Source: a virus (taxonomy: Duplodnaviria; Heunggongvirae; Uroviricota; Caudoviricetes). Taken from it: a DNA stretch of 29,154 nucleotides. This document shows, one piece after another, positions 1 through 10,504 of the stretch (positions are counted from its first letter, which is position 1; the number at the start of each line of letters is the position of its first letter). Made by a program: the position numbers and the translations under genes. The DNA is taken from IMG/VR virus record IMGVR_UViG_2778261301_000008, positions 1 to 29,154 of that record; one strand, given 5' to 3'. The notes under the pieces are model-generated. The model was not told the origin of the DNA. It saw only the letters and a list, made by a program, of their open reading frames with translations, and ran no database searches.

Positions 1-300
1 CATCACGCTGAACCAGCGGTTACGCACGGAATCTTCATGCCAGCGGGTATCGCTGTAATGCGTTTTTTGCTCATCTTTGGCATTGACATAACTGAATGAC
101 GTCACCAGCCCCAGCGTGTCCGTAAACTCATAACGGTATTTCACGTTAATCCCGTTCAGATCATCACTACCGACAGCGTTCGTCCGGGCATGAAGATACC
201 CCGCGCTCAGCGTGGCCTGCTGCTCAGACGCCCATGCAGGCGCACCGGATACGGCCAGACAGATGGCTGCGGATAAAATGGCTGCACAAACTTTACGCAT
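1..300 (-). CDS. lom: Outer membrane protein Lom (Ail/Lom/PagC family), N-terminal ~100 codons; gene continues past the window start
   Basis: Minus-strand ATG at 298-300 preceded by GAGAGG; translation MRKVCAAILSAAICLAVSGAPAWASEQQATLSAGYLHARTNAVGSDDLNGINVKYRYEFTDT closely matches my recollection of lambda Lom; sits directly downstream of J as in lambda. Confidence 0.85.
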   Translation of the reverse strand, partial: MRKVCAAILSAAICLAVSGAPAWASEQQATLSAGYLHARTNAVGSDDLNGINVKYRYEFTDTLGLVTSFSYVNAKDEQKTHYSDTRWHEDSVRNRWFSVM

Positions 301-322
301 AATTACCTCTCGCTTTTCTGCA

Positions 323-349
323 ATAAAAAAGGCGCCATTTCTGGCGCCC
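323..349 (-). terminator. Rho-independent terminator-like hairpin downstream of J
   Basis: GGCGCC-atttct-GGCGCC inverted repeat followed on the minus strand by a T6 run. Confidence 0.5.
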
Positions 350-367
350 GTATCTGGGTGATAAAAT

Positions 368-3300
368 TCAGCTAATCGTGATGCCTGCAGTGGATTTCTT
401 CATCACCACAACCAGCAAATCACTGATACTTGCTGTGGGATACCAGTCATTTACCAGCCATGCTGACACCGAAAACTCCAGCGTCATGTGGCCGCGACCA
501 GCAGGCATATCAATAACACCTGTATAAATCAGCGTATTATCCCGCGCGGTACAGTTATAAATTTCAGCACCGTTTTTCCGCACTATCAGACGGCATGACG
601 AATAAATATCGTTATGTTCCCGCTCATGTTTAGCACCGCTGAATGCCACCGCCGGAATAACAATTTGCCGGTCAAAAGGCTGATCGTCATAAACCCTGAC
701 GGTAATGGTTCCTGACGGCCACCGCTCCGGTGCACGGGAGTCCCGGGGGAAAGCTTTGCCCACTGTTTTAACAATATCGCCTTCAATCTGGTTCGCGGAC
801 AGTTTTCCCAGAACCCGACAGTTCTCGTTAATCGTGACATTGTTGAGCGTCCCGGCGTTCGCATTCACACTGCCACTGATATCCGCATTTTTCGCCGTCA
901 GCCGCCCGTCCGGTGTCAGGGAAAATACCGGCGGATTTCCACCGCTGGTAATGGTGGGGGCCGTCAGGCGCTTCAGGAACACGTCGTTCATGAATATCTG
1001 GTTGCCCTGCGCCACAAACATCGGCGTTTCATTCCCGTTTGCCGGGTCAATAAACGCGATACGGTTAGCGGCAACCAGAAACTGGCTCAGTTTGCCTTCC
1101 TCCGTGTCCTCCATGCTGAGGCCAATACCCGCGACATAATGTTTGCCGTCTTTGGTCTGCTCAATTTTGACAGCCCACATGGCATTCCACTTATCGTTGG
1201 CGTCCTTCCACTCTTTCGAAAACTCCTCCAGTCTGCTGGCGTTATCCTCCGTCAGCTCGACTTTTTCCAGCAGCTCCTTGCCGAGATGGGATTCGGTTAT
1301 CTTGCCTTTGAAAAAATCCAGGTAACCTTCCGCATCATCGCTCGCCCGACCGACGGCCTCCACGAATGCCGATTTGCCAACGGTGTTCACACTGCGGATA
1401 TAAAAGTAATAATCATGGCCCGGTTTGATATTGATACTGGCGGCTATCCAGTACAGCCCCGTGCCAAGGTAGCGGGCTGTGGTTTCAACCTGCCTGATAT
1501 CAGTAATCCGCGTTTCCGAGAACCAGAACTCAAACTGTACCGTCGGATCGTAAACCGCAAGATGCGGCGTGGCGGTTATCTGAAAATAGCCCGGCGTCAG
1601 CTCAATCCGCGACGGCGCTGCCGGTGCGGCAATCCGGAACGATACCGACGCCGGATCGCCCTGCTGTCCCCACGCATTTACCGCCCGAACTGTCAGCCTG
1701 TAGTTCCCTGGCGCCAGTTGCGTGAAGCGGTATGTGGTTTCCGTCGTCCGGGCCGTGCTGACCAGCCGCTCACTGCCGTCATCCGCTGCCACGGTCAGGC
1801 GAAGCATAAAGCTCACCCCCTTCACCACCTTCGGCGTGTCCCAGCGCGCCAGCACCTGATATTCCCCGCTGTCTGCGGTAACTTCGGCAGTCAGGTGCTG
1901 CACCGCTGGCGGCGTGACACCATTCACCGTGCCGCTCTGGTCGCCGTCAAAGTGCGCCCCGTTATCCACGATGGCCTCTTTTTCCGGTACATGCTGCACG
2001 GCGGTGATGGCATACGTGCCGTCATCGTTCTCACGGATACTCACGCAGCGGAACAGTCGCTGGCGCAGCGTCGGCAGCTTCAGCCCCCATACGCTGTATT
2101 CAGCAACACCGTCAGGAACACGGCTCACTTTCACCTTCACGCCGTCGGTGACGGACCGGACCTCCACGCTGACCGGATTACCCTTTCCGTCAACCAGGCT
2201 TATCAGTGTGGTGCCGGAGGGTGGCAGCATGATTTCACGGTCAAGCGTCAGCATCCGGGTCTGGCTGTTCACCGCCAGCACGCGACCACCGGTACTGATA
2301 CCGGCATAGTCATCATCGCAGACTTCAATGACGTCACCCGGTACATGGCGAAGCCCTTCTGCACCCACGCTGAAGTCCACCGTCTGCGTCTCCAGCAGTT
2401 CCGTTTTAATCAGCCACAGCCCGGCGCGGTGCGCCTGCCCCCGGCTGGTACAGCCAAAGGCATCCATCTTCGTGACGTTACGACCGTAACGGGCAATAGC
2501 CTGCGTATCTTCAACCAGCTCCGTCGCCGTCTCCCAGCCGTTGTTCGGGTCAATCCAGTTCACCTCAACGGCATTATGGCGGTCCTTCAGGGCGCTGAAG
2601 CTGTAGCGGAACGGCGCGCCATCATCCGGCATCACCACATTACTGCGGTTATAGGTCCACACCTTATCCGACGGTCGGTCCTGCACGAACGTCAGCGTCT
2701 GCCCGTTCCATACCGGCATACAGCGCATCGCCGAGCAGAAATCACTGAGCACATCCCACGCCTTGCGCTGTGTGGTCAGGTACGCATTACAGGTGATGCG
2801 CGGCTCCGTGCCGCCAAAGCCGTCCGGCACTGACTGGTCGCAGTACTGGCCGATGACATACAGCGCCCATTTATCCACATCCGCCGCACCAAGACGTTTC
2901 CCCATGCCGTAGCGCGGATGGGTCAGCATATCCCACAGACACCAGGCCATGTTGTTGCTGTATGCTGGCTTAAACGTTCCGTCCCAGATACCGCTGTATT
3001 GCCGCGTCTGCGGGTTATAGTTCGACGGCACCTGCAGAATGCGCCCGCGAAGATGATAATTACGACTCACCTGCTGGCTGCCGAACTGCTCCGAGTCCAC
3101 CTGTACACCGACCAGTGCCGTGTTCGGGTAGCCCTGTTTCACATCGATGATTTCGGTGTATGACGACCAGAGCGTTTTGTTCTGCAGCTGGTCTGTAGTG
3201 CTGTCCGGCGTCATCCTGCGCATCCGGATACTGAACGGGCGCGGCGGCAGGTTACCCACCACCACCGAGGCCAGATACTGCGAGGTGGTTTTACCCTTAA

Positions 3301-3763
3301 TGGTGATGTCTTTTTCTGTCACCCAGGCACCGTTACGCTGTATCTGAACCAGCAGGCGGACTTCCGACGGATTCCGGTCACCCTTTGAGGTGGTTTCCAC
3401 CAGAGCCTGCACACCGAAGGTAAAGCGCAGTCGGTCGATGTTTGCCGACGTGATGGTCCGGGTGATCGGCGTGTCATATTTCACTTCCGTACCCAGCACC
3501 GTCTCGGAGCCGGAGGATTCAAACCCCTCCGGCGGTGTCTGCTCCTGCTCACCGGCACGGAACACCACCGTGACACCGGAGATGTTGGTATTCCCCTCAG
3601 TGTCCAGCACCGGCGTACTGTTCAGCAGCACGCTTTTTAATCCATCCACCGGACCTTCAACCGGCCCTTCGCTGATGGCATCGATCACACTCAGCAGCTG
3701 CGTGGACTTCAGGTTGTCCTTCGCTTCGCGCGGGGTATGCCCCTTACTGCTGCCTTTACCCAT
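368..3763 (-). CDS. J: Tail tip / host specificity protein J (central tail fibre)
   Basis: 1131-aa ORF; size, position after I and before lom, and sequence character match lambda gpJ; C-terminal receptor-binding part looks divergent from lambda. Confidence 0.92.
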   Translation of the reverse strand: MGKGSSKGHTPREAKDNLKSTQLLSVIDAISEGPVEGPVDGLKSVLLNSTPVLDTEGNTNISGVTVVFRAGEQEQTPPEGFESSGSETVLGTEVKYDTPITRTITSANIDRLRFTFGVQALVETTSKGDRNPSEVRLLVQIQRNGAWVTEKDITIKGKTTSQYLASVVVGNLPPRPFSIRMRRMTPDSTTDQLQNKTLWSSYTEIIDVKQGYPNTALVGVQVDSEQFGSQQVSRNYHLRGRILQVPSNYNPQTRQYSGIWDGTFKPAYSNNMAWCLWDMLTHPRYGMGKRLGAADVDKWALYVIGQYCDQSVPDGFGGTEPRITCNAYLTTQRKAWDVLSDFCSAMRCMPVWNGQTLTFVQDRPSDKVWTYNRSNVVMPDDGAPFRYSFSALKDRHNAVEVNWIDPNNGWETATELVEDTQAIARYGRNVTKMDAFGCTSRGQAHRAGLWLIKTELLETQTVDFSVGAEGLRHVPGDVIEVCDDDYAGISTGGRVLAVNSQTRMLTLDREIMLPPSGTTLISLVDGKGNPVSVEVRSVTDGVKVKVSRVPDGVAEYSVWGLKLPTLRQRLFRCVSIRENDDGTYAITAVQHVPEKEAIVDNGAHFDGDQSGTVNGVTPPAVQHLTAEVTADSGEYQVLARWDTPKVVKGVSFMLRLTVAADDGSERLVSTARTTETTYRFTQLAPGNYRLTVRAVNAWGQQGDPASVSFRIAAPAAPSRIELTPGYFQITATPHLAVYDPTVQFEFWFSETRITDIRQVETTARYLGTGLYWIAASINIKPGHDYYFYIRSVNTVGKSAFVEAVGRASDDAEGYLDFFKGKITESHLGKELLEKVELTEDNASRLEEFSKEWKDANDKWNAMWAVKIEQTKDGKHYVAGIGLSMEDTEEGKLSQFLVAANRIAFIDPANGNETPMFVAQGNQIFMNDVFLKRLTAPTITSGGNPPVFSLTPDGRLTAKNADISGSVNANAGTLNNVTINENCRVLGKLSANQIEGDIVKTVGKAFPRDSRAPERWPSGTITVRVYDDQPFDRQIVIPAVAFSGAKHEREHNDIYSSCRLIVRKNGAEIYNCTARDNTLIYTGVIDMPAGRGHMTLEFSVSAWLVNDWYPTASISDLLVVVMKKSTAGITIS

Positions 3764-3823
3764 TCGTCATGCTCCATAAACGACAAAACCGCCCTGAGGC
3801 GGTTTCACATAAAACGTTTTTCA

Positions 3824-4471
3824 TCATCGACCAATCACCACAACCTGACCACCGTCCCCTTCGTCTGCCGTGCTGATTTCCTGAGAAACCACACGAGACC
3901 CCACACGCATTTCACCGTACAGAACAGGCAGAACATTGCCCTGGGCAACCATGTTATCCAGTGATGAAAAATAGGTGTTCTGCTTACCGTTATCCGTGCT
4001 GGTCGCTGTTGGCGTCCGGGCTTTCGGTGCCAGCATCTGGGCCACACCACCCAGGATCATACTGGCCCCTGCCGCATACATGCCCGATACAGCCGCGGCA
4101 CCCAGCCAGCCCACAGGGTTCCACCATGCCACAGCAATCAGCGCCGCCCCCAGCACCACCTGAAACACACCGCCACTTTTAGCTCCCGCCAGACGCGGCA
4201 CGATGTGGATCACGGCACCATTTGCCAGCGGCTCATTAAGACGGGCAGATAATTCGGTTTCACCTGCATCACGCCCGGCAATCCGTACCTGATACCAGCC
4301 GTCGCTCAGTTTCTGACGAAACGCCGGGAGCTGTGTGGCCAGTGCCCGGATGGCTTCAGCCCCCGTTTTCACACGAAGGTCGATGCGGCGACCAAATCGT
4401 TGTAAATCCCCGTAAAGGCAGATGCGCGCCATGCCCGGTGACGCCAGAGGGAGTGTGTGCGTCGCTGCCAT
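3824..4471 (-). CDS. I: Tail assembly protein I
   Basis: N-terminus MAATHTLPLASPGMARICLYGDLQRFGRRIDLRVKTGAEAIRALATQLPAFRQKLSDGWYQVRIAGRD and C-terminus ...NGKQNTYFSSLDNMVAQGNVLPVLYGEMRVGSRVVSQEISTADEGDGGQVVVIGR match recalled lambda gpI. Confidence 0.9.
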   Translation of the reverse strand: MAATHTLPLASPGMARICLYGDLQRFGRRIDLRVKTGAEAIRALATQLPAFRQKLSDGWYQVRIAGRDAGETELSARLNEPLANGAVIHIVPRLAGAKSGGVFQVVLGAALIAVAWWNPVGWLGAAAVSGMYAAGASMILGGVAQMLAPKARTPTATSTDNGKQNTYFSSLDNMVAQGNVLPVLYGEMRVGSRVVSQEISTADEGDGGQVVVIGR

Positions 4472-5112
4472 TTGTCGGTGTACCTCTCTCGTTTGCTCAG
4501 TTGTTCAGGAATATGGTGCAGCAGCTCGCCGTCGCCGCAGTAAATTGCGGCGTGATTCGGCACCGATGAACCAAAACAGCACAGCAGCACATCGCCCGGC
4601 TGTGCCGCTGACAACGGCACCTGATACAGCCCTGTGGCCTCCAGATTATCCAGATAGAGATTCTGGCCGTTACGCCACCAGTCATCCTCACGATGAAAGT
4701 CCGGCATCTCAATCCCCGCCAGATGATAAGCATCCCGGAACAGCGTGTAACAGTCCGTCACCCCGTGATCAAAGCGCCTTCCGGTCAGATGTGGCACGCA
4801 GCGGAATTTATGGAGAGCCCCCCGACAGACCAGCCACCACGGCAAATCACTCTGTACCTGCAGCTGACGGTCGGCTTCACTCAGCCAGGGCAGACCACCG
4901 GGATGGCTGTGGACCAGCGCCACCACCTCGCCCTGTATTTGTGCCCGCAGCCAGTCTTCCGGTACCATCCGGAAACACGCCTCCGGAGTACCGGAGATAT
5001 TCACGCAGGGAAGATACCTTTCCCCCTCCGGCGTTCTCACCACGAAGCCGCACGACTCCGCTGGCGCACATCGCCGGGCGTGCGCCAGAATCGCTGATTC
5101 AGTCTCTGTCAT
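4369..5112 (-). CDS. K: Tail assembly protein K (MPN/JAMM plus NlpC/P60 domains)
   Basis: Track ORF 4369-5187 trimmed to internal ATG (MTETESAILAHARRCAPAESCGF...), which matches the recalled lambda gpK N-terminus; HSHPGG motif present. Confidence 0.88.
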   Translation of the reverse strand: MTETESAILAHARRCAPAESCGFVVRTPEGERYLPCVNISGTPEACFRMVPEDWLRAQIQGEVVALVHSHPGGLPWLSEADRQLQVQSDLPWWLVCRGALHKFRCVPHLTGRRFDHGVTDCYTLFRDAYHLAGIEMPDFHREDDWWRNGQNLYLDNLEATGLYQVPLSAAQPGDVLLCCFGSSVPNHAAIYCGDGELLHHIPEQLSKRERYTDKWQRRTHSLWRHRAWRASAFTGIYNDLVAASTFV

Positions 5113-5116
5113 GGAT

Positions 5117-5815
5117 TTACTGCGAAAGTTTGTTAATGGAAAGGAAGCCGCCAAAGTTGCCGACGTTATTGCGAAACTTACAGCCACTCAGGCATTTGCT
5201 GCATTTATCCTTCGTGATATCGGACGTCGGCTGGTCATATTCATCCGCGACCGCCGGACCGTTATAACCGCACTCATCGCCTCGATAGGTCCAGGTGCAG
5301 GTGTTGGCCAGCATGATACGGCCCGGAAAAACAGCGCCATCCGTTTCCGTCGGTGTGGACAGTACAAAAGAGGCACTGACCGCACTCAGTTCGCTGCACT
5401 GCTCGATGCGCCAGCGGCTGATCACCTCCTGCTCCGGATCGGCGTCACTGTTTCCGTTGACGAAGTTCACCGCATCCAGAAAACGGGCGTAAACCTTACG
5501 CCGGACCACCGTTCCGCCGACTAGACTCTGCAGATCTTCCGCCATCCCGGTGACCATGCCGTGCAGATTAGAGACTTTCAGCGTTGGCCTTGCACTGGCT
5601 CCTTTGCCGTTCATCTCAAATCCACTTCCCTGAATGGGATAGGCCTGATACTGCCGCCCCTGCCAGGTGACTGGTTCACCTTTTTCGTTCTGCTCATTAC
5701 AGAAGAAATAACGATCTCCGCCGACCTCTGTCAGATCAATTTCCCAGAGCACGACCAGCGCGGATTGCTCCGCTTTTGTACACTCATTCAGTGTTTCCTG
5801 CTGTATATCCTGCAT
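5117..5815 (-). CDS. L: Minor tail protein L
   Basis: 232-aa ORF, same length and position as lambda gpL, with a Cys-rich C-terminal segment. Confidence 0.88.
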   Translation of the reverse strand: MQDIQQETLNECTKAEQSALVVLWEIDLTEVGGDRYFFCNEQNEKGEPVTWQGRQYQAYPIQGSGFEMNGKGASARPTLKVSNLHGMVTGMAEDLQSLVGGTVVRRKVYARFLDAVNFVNGNSDADPEQEVISRWRIEQCSELSAVSASFVLSTPTETDGAVFPGRIMLANTCTWTYRGDECGYNGPAVADEYDQPTSDITKDKCSKCLSGCKFRNNVGNFGGFLSINKLSQ

Positions 5816-6114
5816 CAGTGAGTGACCTCTTCAAAGGTACAGTTAAAATCGGTATACATGGCATTATCCGAAATACTCCACTCCCTGCAGACAACCCGGA
5901 CGGTTCTGTTGTGTTTTGGCGGACGCCACAAAAAAGCACGTATCCCGGCATGACGGGATAAAAAACTGTCCAGCGCAGCACGGGAATATTCATCTGTGAC
6001 ACGAAACACCGGTTTAAACGTTTTCAGATCCGCATTCAGACCACCAGCCCGTCGCTGTTCATATCCGTCACCGAACTTTACCGTAATAACAGATGGCTTT
6101 CGTGTCGTCTCCAT
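5815..6114 (-). CDS. M: Minor tail protein M
   Basis: Track ORF 5815-6201 trimmed to internal ATG (METTRKPSVITVKFGDGYEQRRAGGLNADLKT...) preceded by GAGGGG; the FGDGY motif is shared with lambda gpM; the longer ORF would overlap H. Confidence 0.75.
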   Translation of the reverse strand: METTRKPSVITVKFGDGYEQRRAGGLNADLKTFKPVFRVTDEYSRAALDSFLSRHAGIRAFLWRPPKHNRTVRVVCREWSISDNAMYTDFNCTFEEVTH

Positions 6115-6148
6115 CCCCTCGCGGGGGATCCAGTTAAAAACTTCAGGC

Positions 6149-9100
6149 TCAGGCACTGTATAATCCTCCGTCCCGACGTGATGACTGCATAATTGACACA
6201 ACCCTGCTGTCGATCAGATCCACCAGCCCCCTGGCTGACTGCGTATCTATCTCGCCATTGCTCCCTTTATTCTGAATACTGATGTGATACACGGGAGAAT
6301 AGACAAATCCGCCGCCACCATTCACATTGCCAATGGCTCTGACCCCAAGAGAGCCGTCCGCTGCCCGCGTCAGTGGCATGATAGCTTCAGGCCCGGCCTC
6401 GCCCATCAGTCCGGCACCTTTCGCAAAAGCAAAATACGTCGGCGTATCCACAATAGTGTTACTGTAAGCACTCAGATTTGCCGATGTGTAAACACCACCT
6501 TTTGCGTTTGCTACTGCCCCCGAAATCCATCCGCCTACCGTACCAAGCCACCCTCCGGCGCCGGAGAGTGATTTCAGTCCGTTAACAATGGCCGCATTCA
6601 TCAGAATTTTTGAAACTTCCTGGAGAACTGAACTCCCCCAGTTCCTCCAGTCAACAACATTCCCGGCCAGTGCATCGGAAATATTTGATACCAGCCCGTC
6701 CATGGTGGAAACGACAGCATCTGCCGCCTGCGAAGCATAATCAGTGGCACTGTCTGCCCAGTTCGTCAGCCCCTCCTGGAGTCCGGCATTCCAGTTACTG
6801 CGTAAAGCATCAGCCTTTGCATAATAATCCTGCTGATCGCTGAGACGCTCTTCCAGATATTTTTTATTCAGTTCTTTCTCCTGTTTCCACAGGGCTTCTT
6901 CAATTTCTCCGGCCTGATACTGTCTCAGCAGCTCGTTATTTTTCTGCTCAAACGTCTGCCGGATACTCCACATTTCCTGGAGTCGTTCACGCATCCGTGA
7001 GCCTTCACCATATCCCAGCAACTGCGCGTCGTCAGATGCCCGGGCACTGGCATTACTGTCCGCCAGACTGCTCTCATACGCAGCAAGCTGCTCACGAATC
7101 TTTTTCTGGTCGATGAGTGCTGCATTCTGCAAAAGCGTTTTTTTCTGCGCTTCTGACAGGGTTGATAATTCGCCCTGACTGACCTGATATTTCATCTTAG
7201 CCAGTTCAGTATTCTGCCCTGCCAGTGCTATCTGCTCTTTCTGCTGTTTAATCAGCCGTTTATAAATATCTTCTGTTTTTTCCGCCTCGGTCTTTTTATG
7301 CGCTTTGGGTTTATTTGCCTGATTATTTCGCCATGCATCCAGTGAGTTATTTATATAATTCAGTCTTGCTGTCTGATATGCCTCTCCCACAAAGCCGAGA
7401 TCATCCGCAGCATAACCCAGGCGGGCACGCTCACGGGCTTCCCCCTTCAGGCGGGACAGAGCCAGTTCGCGCTCGCTGTTATTCAGTGCGGTCTGCTGTT
7501 TATCATCCAGGGTTGCCTGTGGCAGCCGTAACGGTACATTCACCAGCCCCTGACGCTGCTGAAGTAACTCATTACCAAGCCCGAGAAGGCGATTAAACTC
7601 GGTATGCTGCCCATTCATGATCAACAGGGACTGATACGCTTTGTTTTGTTCCGCTGCCTGTTGACGGATCAACGCAACCCGCCGCTCCTCCAGCCCGGCA
7701 AGCACATCCTGAATGGATTGCGCTTTGCCCTGCATTTGTGTGAGGCGAGACTGTTCAACTGCCAGTTGATTTGTTGCTTCGGCAAGCCCTTCTGTGACAG
7801 TTTTTACCGACGTCATGTGGTTAATCATAAAACCGTTATCGGTTGTCCAGCCCGGGTTTGCCAGCACGTACTGATAGCCAGCAATTTTTTCCTGTAAGGA
7901 TTTAATCTTACTTTTCTGCTCGTCAATTAACCTGTTCTGCTCCTTCAGTGCCTGCCGCGTCTTTTCCTCATTATCTGACGCTTCAGGAAGCGACATTGCC
8001 GACGTTTTCTGGCGAATTTCGTCGATTGTTGCGGCATACTGGCGTGCAGATTCTCTGGCCTGCTCCTGATTCTGATACATCGTGTACCAGGCCGCGGCCC
8101 CCAGCATGACAAGCCCCGGCACACCCCCAACCAGTCCCAGTGCTCCACTTAACAGACGACTCCCCGCTGACGTGACAGTATTCAGCGTTGTCTGTGCTGC
8201 TGTTCTGGCCGCAATATTACGGGTAAGTGATGCCTGGGCAGCAGCCAGTTTCGCTTCTGCGGCTGCCTGCCTTTCGGTACCGCGAGCAGCAACAACCGCC
8301 TGTTGCGCACGATAAACCGCCGCACGCGCCCTGGCTGTTGCTATCTGTGTCCCCCGAAGTTGCGCTTCCGCAAGAGCCACTTCGTTTCTGGCTGCAGTAA
8401 TTAATCCGGCAGTTGCAGATCCAGCAGAAGACGCCATATTGCCAAAATATCGGGCTACCCCGACGGCAACCAGAGCACCGGCAGCGGTTGCCACAGTGTC
8501 AATATTGCCTGCAATACCATTCAGCACACCAGAGAGCGTCTTTGTCACTCCGCTTGCCTCGTTCGCACCACCAACCCAGGCCATAAAGGCGTTTTCAACT
8601 TTGGTTGCAGAGGATGAAACAGTATCAGGCATTGCTGCATATTCATCACGTAACGCCCCAAGCTGACTAATCAGTGCAGGAACAACCTTATCGGCGGTCA
8701 GTTTTCCGTTATCCGCCATGGCCTTCAGATCCTTACGGGCAACACCCATTCCCGCAGCCAGCGCACGAATAACACGATCGCCGTTCTCATTCACAGAGTT
8801 AAATTCTTCACCGCGCAGCACTCCCTGCGCCAGTGCCTGACTGAACTGCGTGATCACCGAACTGGCTTCTGCTGTACTGGCACCGGATAATTTCAGCCCC
8901 GTGGAGATCGCCTCGGTGACTTTCAGTACCTCCTCAGAACTGTAGCCATACTCCCGCATGGAAGCTGCAGAGCGGGCAAAAAGGCTGGCGTTATCCGAAA
9001 ACGCCGTCCCCGTTCTCTGGCTGATTGCCATTAATTCACGTTGTGATGCCTGAAAATCATCACTGGACTGCGTGGCCTGCTTCAGACGGGCATTGACTGA

Positions 9101-9382
9101 ATTCCACTCATCGGCGAGAGAAATAAGATGACCGGTAGCAAAAGCCCCGGCAAATGCCTCCGCCATATTCAGTGCCGAAGACTTAGCTGTATTTATCTGA
9201 TCCGTCACTTCTACCAGTGCACGCCGCATTTCACGGGATGCTGCAGCGGACTGTCGGCCTCCGTTCTGCATGGTGCGGTAGTAATCCTGCCCCATGCGCG
9301 AAGCCCGGGCGATCTCTGACTGGAATGACCGGGAGTTTGCCGAGATTTTAATAATCAGTTCACGTAATGTCGCCACACTCAT
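6149..9382 (-). CDS. H: Tail tape measure protein H
   Basis: 1077-aa ORF, Ala/Gln-rich and coiled-coil-like with a Gly-rich C-terminus, located between GT and M; GGAGA Shine-Dalgarno before the ATG. Confidence 0.92.
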   Translation of the reverse strand: MSVATLRELIIKISANSRSFQSEIARASRMGQDYYRTMQNGGRQSAAASREMRRALVEVTDQINTAKSSALNMAEAFAGAFATGHLISLADEWNSVNARLKQATQSSDDFQASQRELMAISQRTGTAFSDNASLFARSAASMREYGYSSEEVLKVTEAISTGLKLSGASTAEASSVITQFSQALAQGVLRGEEFNSVNENGDRVIRALAAGMGVARKDLKAMADNGKLTADKVVPALISQLGALRDEYAAMPDTVSSSATKVENAFMAWVGGANEASGVTKTLSGVLNGIAGNIDTVATAAGALVAVGVARYFGNMASSAGSATAGLITAARNEVALAEAQLRGTQIATARARAAVYRAQQAVVAARGTERQAAAEAKLAAAQASLTRNIAARTAAQTTLNTVTSAGSRLLSGALGLVGGVPGLVMLGAAAWYTMYQNQEQARESARQYAATIDEIRQKTSAMSLPEASDNEEKTRQALKEQNRLIDEQKSKIKSLQEKIAGYQYVLANPGWTTDNGFMINHMTSVKTVTEGLAEATNQLAVEQSRLTQMQGKAQSIQDVLAGLEERRVALIRQQAAEQNKAYQSLLIMNGQHTEFNRLLGLGNELLQQRQGLVNVPLRLPQATLDDKQQTALNNSERELALSRLKGEARERARLGYAADDLGFVGEAYQTARLNYINNSLDAWRNNQANKPKAHKKTEAEKTEDIYKRLIKQQKEQIALAGQNTELAKMKYQVSQGELSTLSEAQKKTLLQNAALIDQKKIREQLAAYESSLADSNASARASDDAQLLGYGEGSRMRERLQEMWSIRQTFEQKNNELLRQYQAGEIEEALWKQEKELNKKYLEERLSDQQDYYAKADALRSNWNAGLQEGLTNWADSATDYASQAADAVVSTMDGLVSNISDALAGNVVDWRNWGSSVLQEVSKILMNAAIVNGLKSLSGAGGWLGTVGGWISGAVANAKGGVYTSANLSAYSNTIVDTPTYFAFAKGAGLMGEAGPEAIMPLTRAADGSLGVRAIGNVNGGGGFVYSPVYHISIQNKGSNGEIDTQSARGLVDLIDSRVVSIMQSSRRDGGLYSA

Positions 9383-9391
9383 TCTCCGGAC

Positions 9392-9417
9392 GAAAAAAAC
9401 CGCCGAAGCGGTTTTTG
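9392..9417. terminator. Bidirectional terminator-like hairpin between the AT-rich insertion and H
   Basis: A7-ACCGC-cgaa-GCGGT-T5; on the minus strand the hairpin is followed by a T7 run just before the H ribosome-binding site. Confidence 0.5.
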
Positions 9418-9423
9418 TATTCT

Positions 9424-9576
9424 TTAAAGAAGTCCGGCCTTACGCCTTGCTTCCTGAAGATATTCATCATCCGTTTTTTGTGAAACGGAACTATCTGCAT
9501 TGCAGATTAAATCACTACCGCAATGCTTACATTTAATCACCTCTTCTTTGTTCGGGTCTGCACAGGGATTCTTCAT
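9424..9576 (-). CDS. Hypothetical small Cys-containing protein (50 aa), low confidence
   Basis: Hand translation MKNPCADPNKEEVIKCKHCGSDLICNADSSVSQKTDDEYLQEARRKAGLL; weak ribosome-binding site; below the ORF-track size cutoff. Confidence 0.3.
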   Translation of the reverse strand: MKNPCADPNKEEVIKCKHCGSDLICNADSSVSQKTDDEYLQEARRKAGLL

Positions 9577-9584
9577 GTCATTGT

Positions 9585-9758
9585 TTACCATTTGTTATTC
9601 ATATGGCTTCTCATTTCCAGGATTACAAGTGAATGGATCAGAGCAACAATAAAGATCATCGAGCCATATATCCACCACCTTAAAAATGAGCAACCTTTGC
9701 TTTTCGTGATAATCGCCGGAATCAGCCCTAAAATTATTGAAATAAGTACGAATTCCAT
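9585..9758 (-). CDS. Small two-helix membrane protein (57 aa) in an AT-rich insertion between GT and H; positional analogue of the HK97 gene 15 superinfection-exclusion moron
   Basis: Hand translation MEFVLISIILGLIPAIITKSKGCSFLRWWIYGSMIFIVALIHSLVILEMRSHMNNKW; strong AAGGAGG Shine-Dalgarno 5 nt upstream; low GC; lambda has no gene here. Confidence 0.55.
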   Translation of the reverse strand: MEFVLISIILGLIPAIITKSKGCSFLRWWIYGSMIFIVALIHSLVILEMRSHMNNKW

Positions 9759-9815
9759 CGATGCCTCCTTACTTACTCAATAAAACGGGAATAATAATTC
9801 AGTTATGTGGAAAAT

Positions 9816-10504
9816 TCATCGGGATGCAACAAATAACGCCCTCTCAATCTCAGCAAGTGGATCGCCCATATTATTTTCACAGGCGCATTCCCACTGAAGA
9901 AGTGCATCATTCAGTGGAACTTTAACCCCCTGCGCACCGTAAACAGCTGAAACAATCTGGGCAGCACGGATATCAGCCCGTTCGTCCCCCAGCGGGCTGA
10001 ACCTGTCAAATTCTGCCCACATCATGATTTCTGATGCGGACATTTCCCGGCGTAATTCTGACAATGTACGCCCCATCCTGAGTGCCAGCATCATCAGAAA
10101 ACGCATCCCCGGAAGCGCTACTTTTTTTTAACCTCGCCGGCATCACTGATCAGTTCCAGAGACTGCCGAAGAAGCCGCGCATGCACCGGGCCATACACGG
10201 CAATCACCTGTTCACGATCATCCTCTGAAAATACAGGTTGCAGTCCGGTATCACACAGAACATCAATGAACAGTTCAACATCTGCCTCCAGATTTCGGCG
10301 GGCGCGCTCCGCAACGGATAACGGTGTCTCATCATCTTTTGCTTTAACGATCTCCTGCCAGCGCAACCAGGCTTCTGCAGAAGGTTCCCGTAATACAACC
10401 GTTGCCCCTTCCCATTCAGGCACATCAACAGTTTTATGGCGAAACCCCGACATCGTTGCCAGTGCCAGATTACGGATATTTTTAGTCATCACACCCATCC
10501 TCAT
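9816..10504 (-). CDS. GT: Tail assembly chaperone GT fusion produced by programmed -1 ribosomal frameshift
   Basis: The downstream ORF 9816-10106 is in the -1 frame relative to G; the G frame ends GTT AAA AAA AAG TAG, giving an A_AAA_AAG slippery heptamer, and the -1 frame is open from that point. Confidence 0.8.
10118..10504 (-). CDS. G: Tail assembly chaperone G
   Basis: 128-aa ORF directly downstream of V, ending ...GEVKKK at an A-run slippery site. Confidence 0.85.
   Translation of the reverse strand: MRMGVMTKNIRNLALATMSGFRHKTVDVPEWEGATVVLREPSAEAWLRWQEIVKAKDDETPLSVAERARRNLEADVELFIDVLCDTGLQPVFSEDDREQVIAVYGPVHARLLRQSLELISDAGEVKKK
10119..10130 (-). other. Slippery site for the G/GT -1 frameshift (A AAA AAG within an A8 run)
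   Basis: Plus-strand T8 run at about 10122-10129; homopolymer length is uncertain by 1 nt in my reading. Confidence 0.7.

Noticed and set aside
705-3347. Plus-strand ORFs (144 aa, 564 aa, 131 aa and others) antisense to J
   Set aside because: They lie entirely inside the well-supported minus-strand J gene, have Arg/Pro/His-rich low-complexity translations typical of antisense frames in GC-rich coding DNA, and lack ribosome-binding sites.
9294-9783. Plus-strand hydrophobic ORFs (80 and 86 aa) in the AT-rich insertion
   Set aside because: AT-rich DNA yields Phe/Leu/Ile-rich chance ORFs; the opposite strand carries a small gene with a near-perfect ribosome-binding site and is co-directional with the operon.
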